A stretch of DNA of 62,882 nucleotides, the filler included, from Octopus bimaculoides (lineage: Eukaryota), in the NCBI RefSeq assembly GCF_001194135.2. It is 4 parts of 4 records of this genome, joined end to end, with 100 filler letters (N's around TTAATTAATTAA, not from the genome) between each part and the next. Parts side by side here need not be neighbours in the genome. Positions count along the whole stretch, not along the records: positions 60,476 to 62,882 come from NW_026371015.1; 3 more parts are not named here. One strand, written 5' to 3'. A program made the translations under genes and the position numbers. Each line of letters opens with the position of its first letter. Position 1 is the stretch's first letter. Shown in pieces: positions 60,974 through 62,882 of the stretch. The notes below the pieces were generated by a model. It did not search any database. It was given only the letters and a program-made list of their open reading frames with translations, and was not told the origin of the DNA.

Positions 60974-61870
60974 TGGTACCTGAGACCACTTCATACATGG
61001 TTATATTCAACTGAAGTAGTGCGTCGGTGAGGTTGCAGGTAGAGCTGATACTGGCGTGTAAAAGTCCACGTGTATGTTAAAATAAATGACCCCAATGTGT
61101 GCTGCATTGCAAGTGGTGAAAATAAAGAAAGTTCACAAAGGCTGGTTTAAAACACATAATAATTTATTCAAACTGTAATAAGTACTTGTAAGAAGTAATG
61201 AGAATTTGTTTTTGTATATGTATATGTAAAACTCTTAAATGATGTAGCGAGACAGGACGAAATTGCATGACTTACTATATATTTTAGTTGTTTATACGAA
61301 GCAGAGNNNNNNNNNNNNNNNNNNNNNNNNNNNNNNNNNNNNNNNNNNNNNNNNNNNNNNNNNNNNNNNNNNNNNNNNNNNNNNNNNNNNNNNNNNNNNN
61401 NNNNNNNNNNNNNNNNNNNNNNNNNNNNNNNNNNNNNNNNNNNNNNNNNNNNNNNNNNNNNNNNNNNNNNNNNNNNNNNNNNNNNNNNNNNNNNNNNNNN
61501 NNNNNNNNNNNNNNNNNNNNNNNNNNNNNNNNNNNNNNNNNNNNNNNNNNNNNNNNNNNNNNNNNNNNNNNNNNNNNNNNNNNNNNNNNNNNNNNNNNNN
61601 NNNNNNNNNNNNNNNNNNNNNNNNNNNNNNNNNNNNNNNNNNNNNNNNNNNNNNNNNNNNNNNNNNNNNNNNNNNNNNNNNNNNNNNNNNNNNNNNNNNN
61701 NNNNNNNNNNNNNNNNNNNNNNNNNNNNNNNNNNNNNNNNNNNNNNNNNNNNNNNNNNNNNNNNNNNNNNNNNNNNNNNNNNNNNNNNNNNNNNNNNNNN
61801 NNNNNNNNNNNNNNGCGTGTTTATTTCGTTAACATCTGCCTGAACTGTATGAAAGGTTTATTAGCTACTG

Positions 61871-61892
61871 CCTAACCCTAACCCTAACCCTA
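61871..61892. repeat. Short (CCCTAA)n telomere-like array
   Basis: CCTAACCCTAACCCTAACCCTA flanked by CTACTGCC direct repeats. Confidence 0.8.
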
Positions 61893-62882
61893 CTGCCAAT
61901 ATGCTTCAGCCATTTTTTGACAAGGAAATAATAATTTTATCACCGCCAGAATCGTTTGAGAATCGTTTGTTTACGTAGTCAGCACTTACTGTATTCGACT
62001 GAATGGACGAATACAGACTGAAATTACAGAAATACGACAACTTTAACATGAAATAACTTGCGATGTACGTTTTTTTGTTAAGAAGACTAAGAGAAAAAGA
62101 TGTTTTATATGACACATTCTACCAGTGTCCCAAGTTTCAAAGTGTTTCGTTAAGAAAATACTGGTGCCCCCGTTTTAAACTAGATCCCACAAGGGTGCTA
62201 TGCTACGACGACAAAATAGCTCTTTCGTGTGTTAATACCCCACTGCAGACTGCAAGTCAATACTGACAAGCAGGAGGAATGATTATCCTCTCCGGTTGAA
62301 AATATTTAGGACAAACTATCCAGAAGAATCTTCAACTTGTCATTATTTTATCAGATGACAAATACAGAGCTGTGAAATGGTAATGCTGTGTTGAATGCCC
62401 TCTATGCCAGGAGGAATGAAAAATGCAAAGTAAAATATTCAATATCCAAACACAAGAAAAACAAAACAACATGAATGCATTAAGAAAAAAAGAAGGCATG
62501 CAAATAAACATTTGCAAAGTGAGAAAACAATGTTCAGGATTGTGGAAAGTATTTATGTTGGTGAATGTGATGTAAAGCTGAGCATAATTGCGCATATCAG
62601 GAGAGAGAATTCTGGGAATATATACAGGACAGGATTTATTCGGTTGAGTTCGAATAGCGGTGTCGCTTTGCGTGCACAGTGTGCTGTCGTTGCGTGACTG
62701 AGGCAGTGTGAGTCAGAGTGCACGTGAATGTGCCAGTCGTTGCGTGACTGATGTAGTGTGCGTGAGGGTGTATACATAAGTGTGAATGAGTGGGAGCTAC
62801 GGAATAAGCTGAGGTGAGTGAGTGCGTGCATTCTCAATCCATATCAGCGAAAATTTTCTTTCGGGATGCATTCGATATGAAA

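Overview
Repeat-saturated, gap-rich animal genomic DNA. It is inferred to be octopus (coleoid cephalopod) from the dense (TA)n/(CA)n/(TAGA)n/(AAT)n microsatellites and several tRNA-headed SINE families; I could not verify this by search. No intact host protein-coding gene can be supported, and most listed ORFs are artefacts of microsatellites or N-gaps. Recognisable content: (1) four or five decayed Penelope-like retroelements (PLEs, RT and/or GIY-YIG); (2) a CR1-group LINE interrupted by a PLE with a 12-bp TSD; (3) a 6.4-kb head-to-tail L1/Tx1-type composite plus a further 3' fragment; (4) an RTE-type endonuclease fragment and an internally deleted Gypsy gag; (5) mariner/Tc1 and hAT (Charlie-like) fossils; (6) a 280-bp spacer-less palindrome; (7) scaffolding artefacts. 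The most interesting signal is a set of minimal type-I hammerhead ribozyme (HHR) motifs at PLE termini (24636-24683, 28941-28985, 55570-55617, 60765-60822). One lies downstream of a tRNA-like Pol III promoter within a PLE 3' end, suggesting a Pol III-driven, self-cleaving, PLE-mobilised RNA module. Each motif carries point lesions, so activity of these copies is doubtful and the family consensus needs testing.
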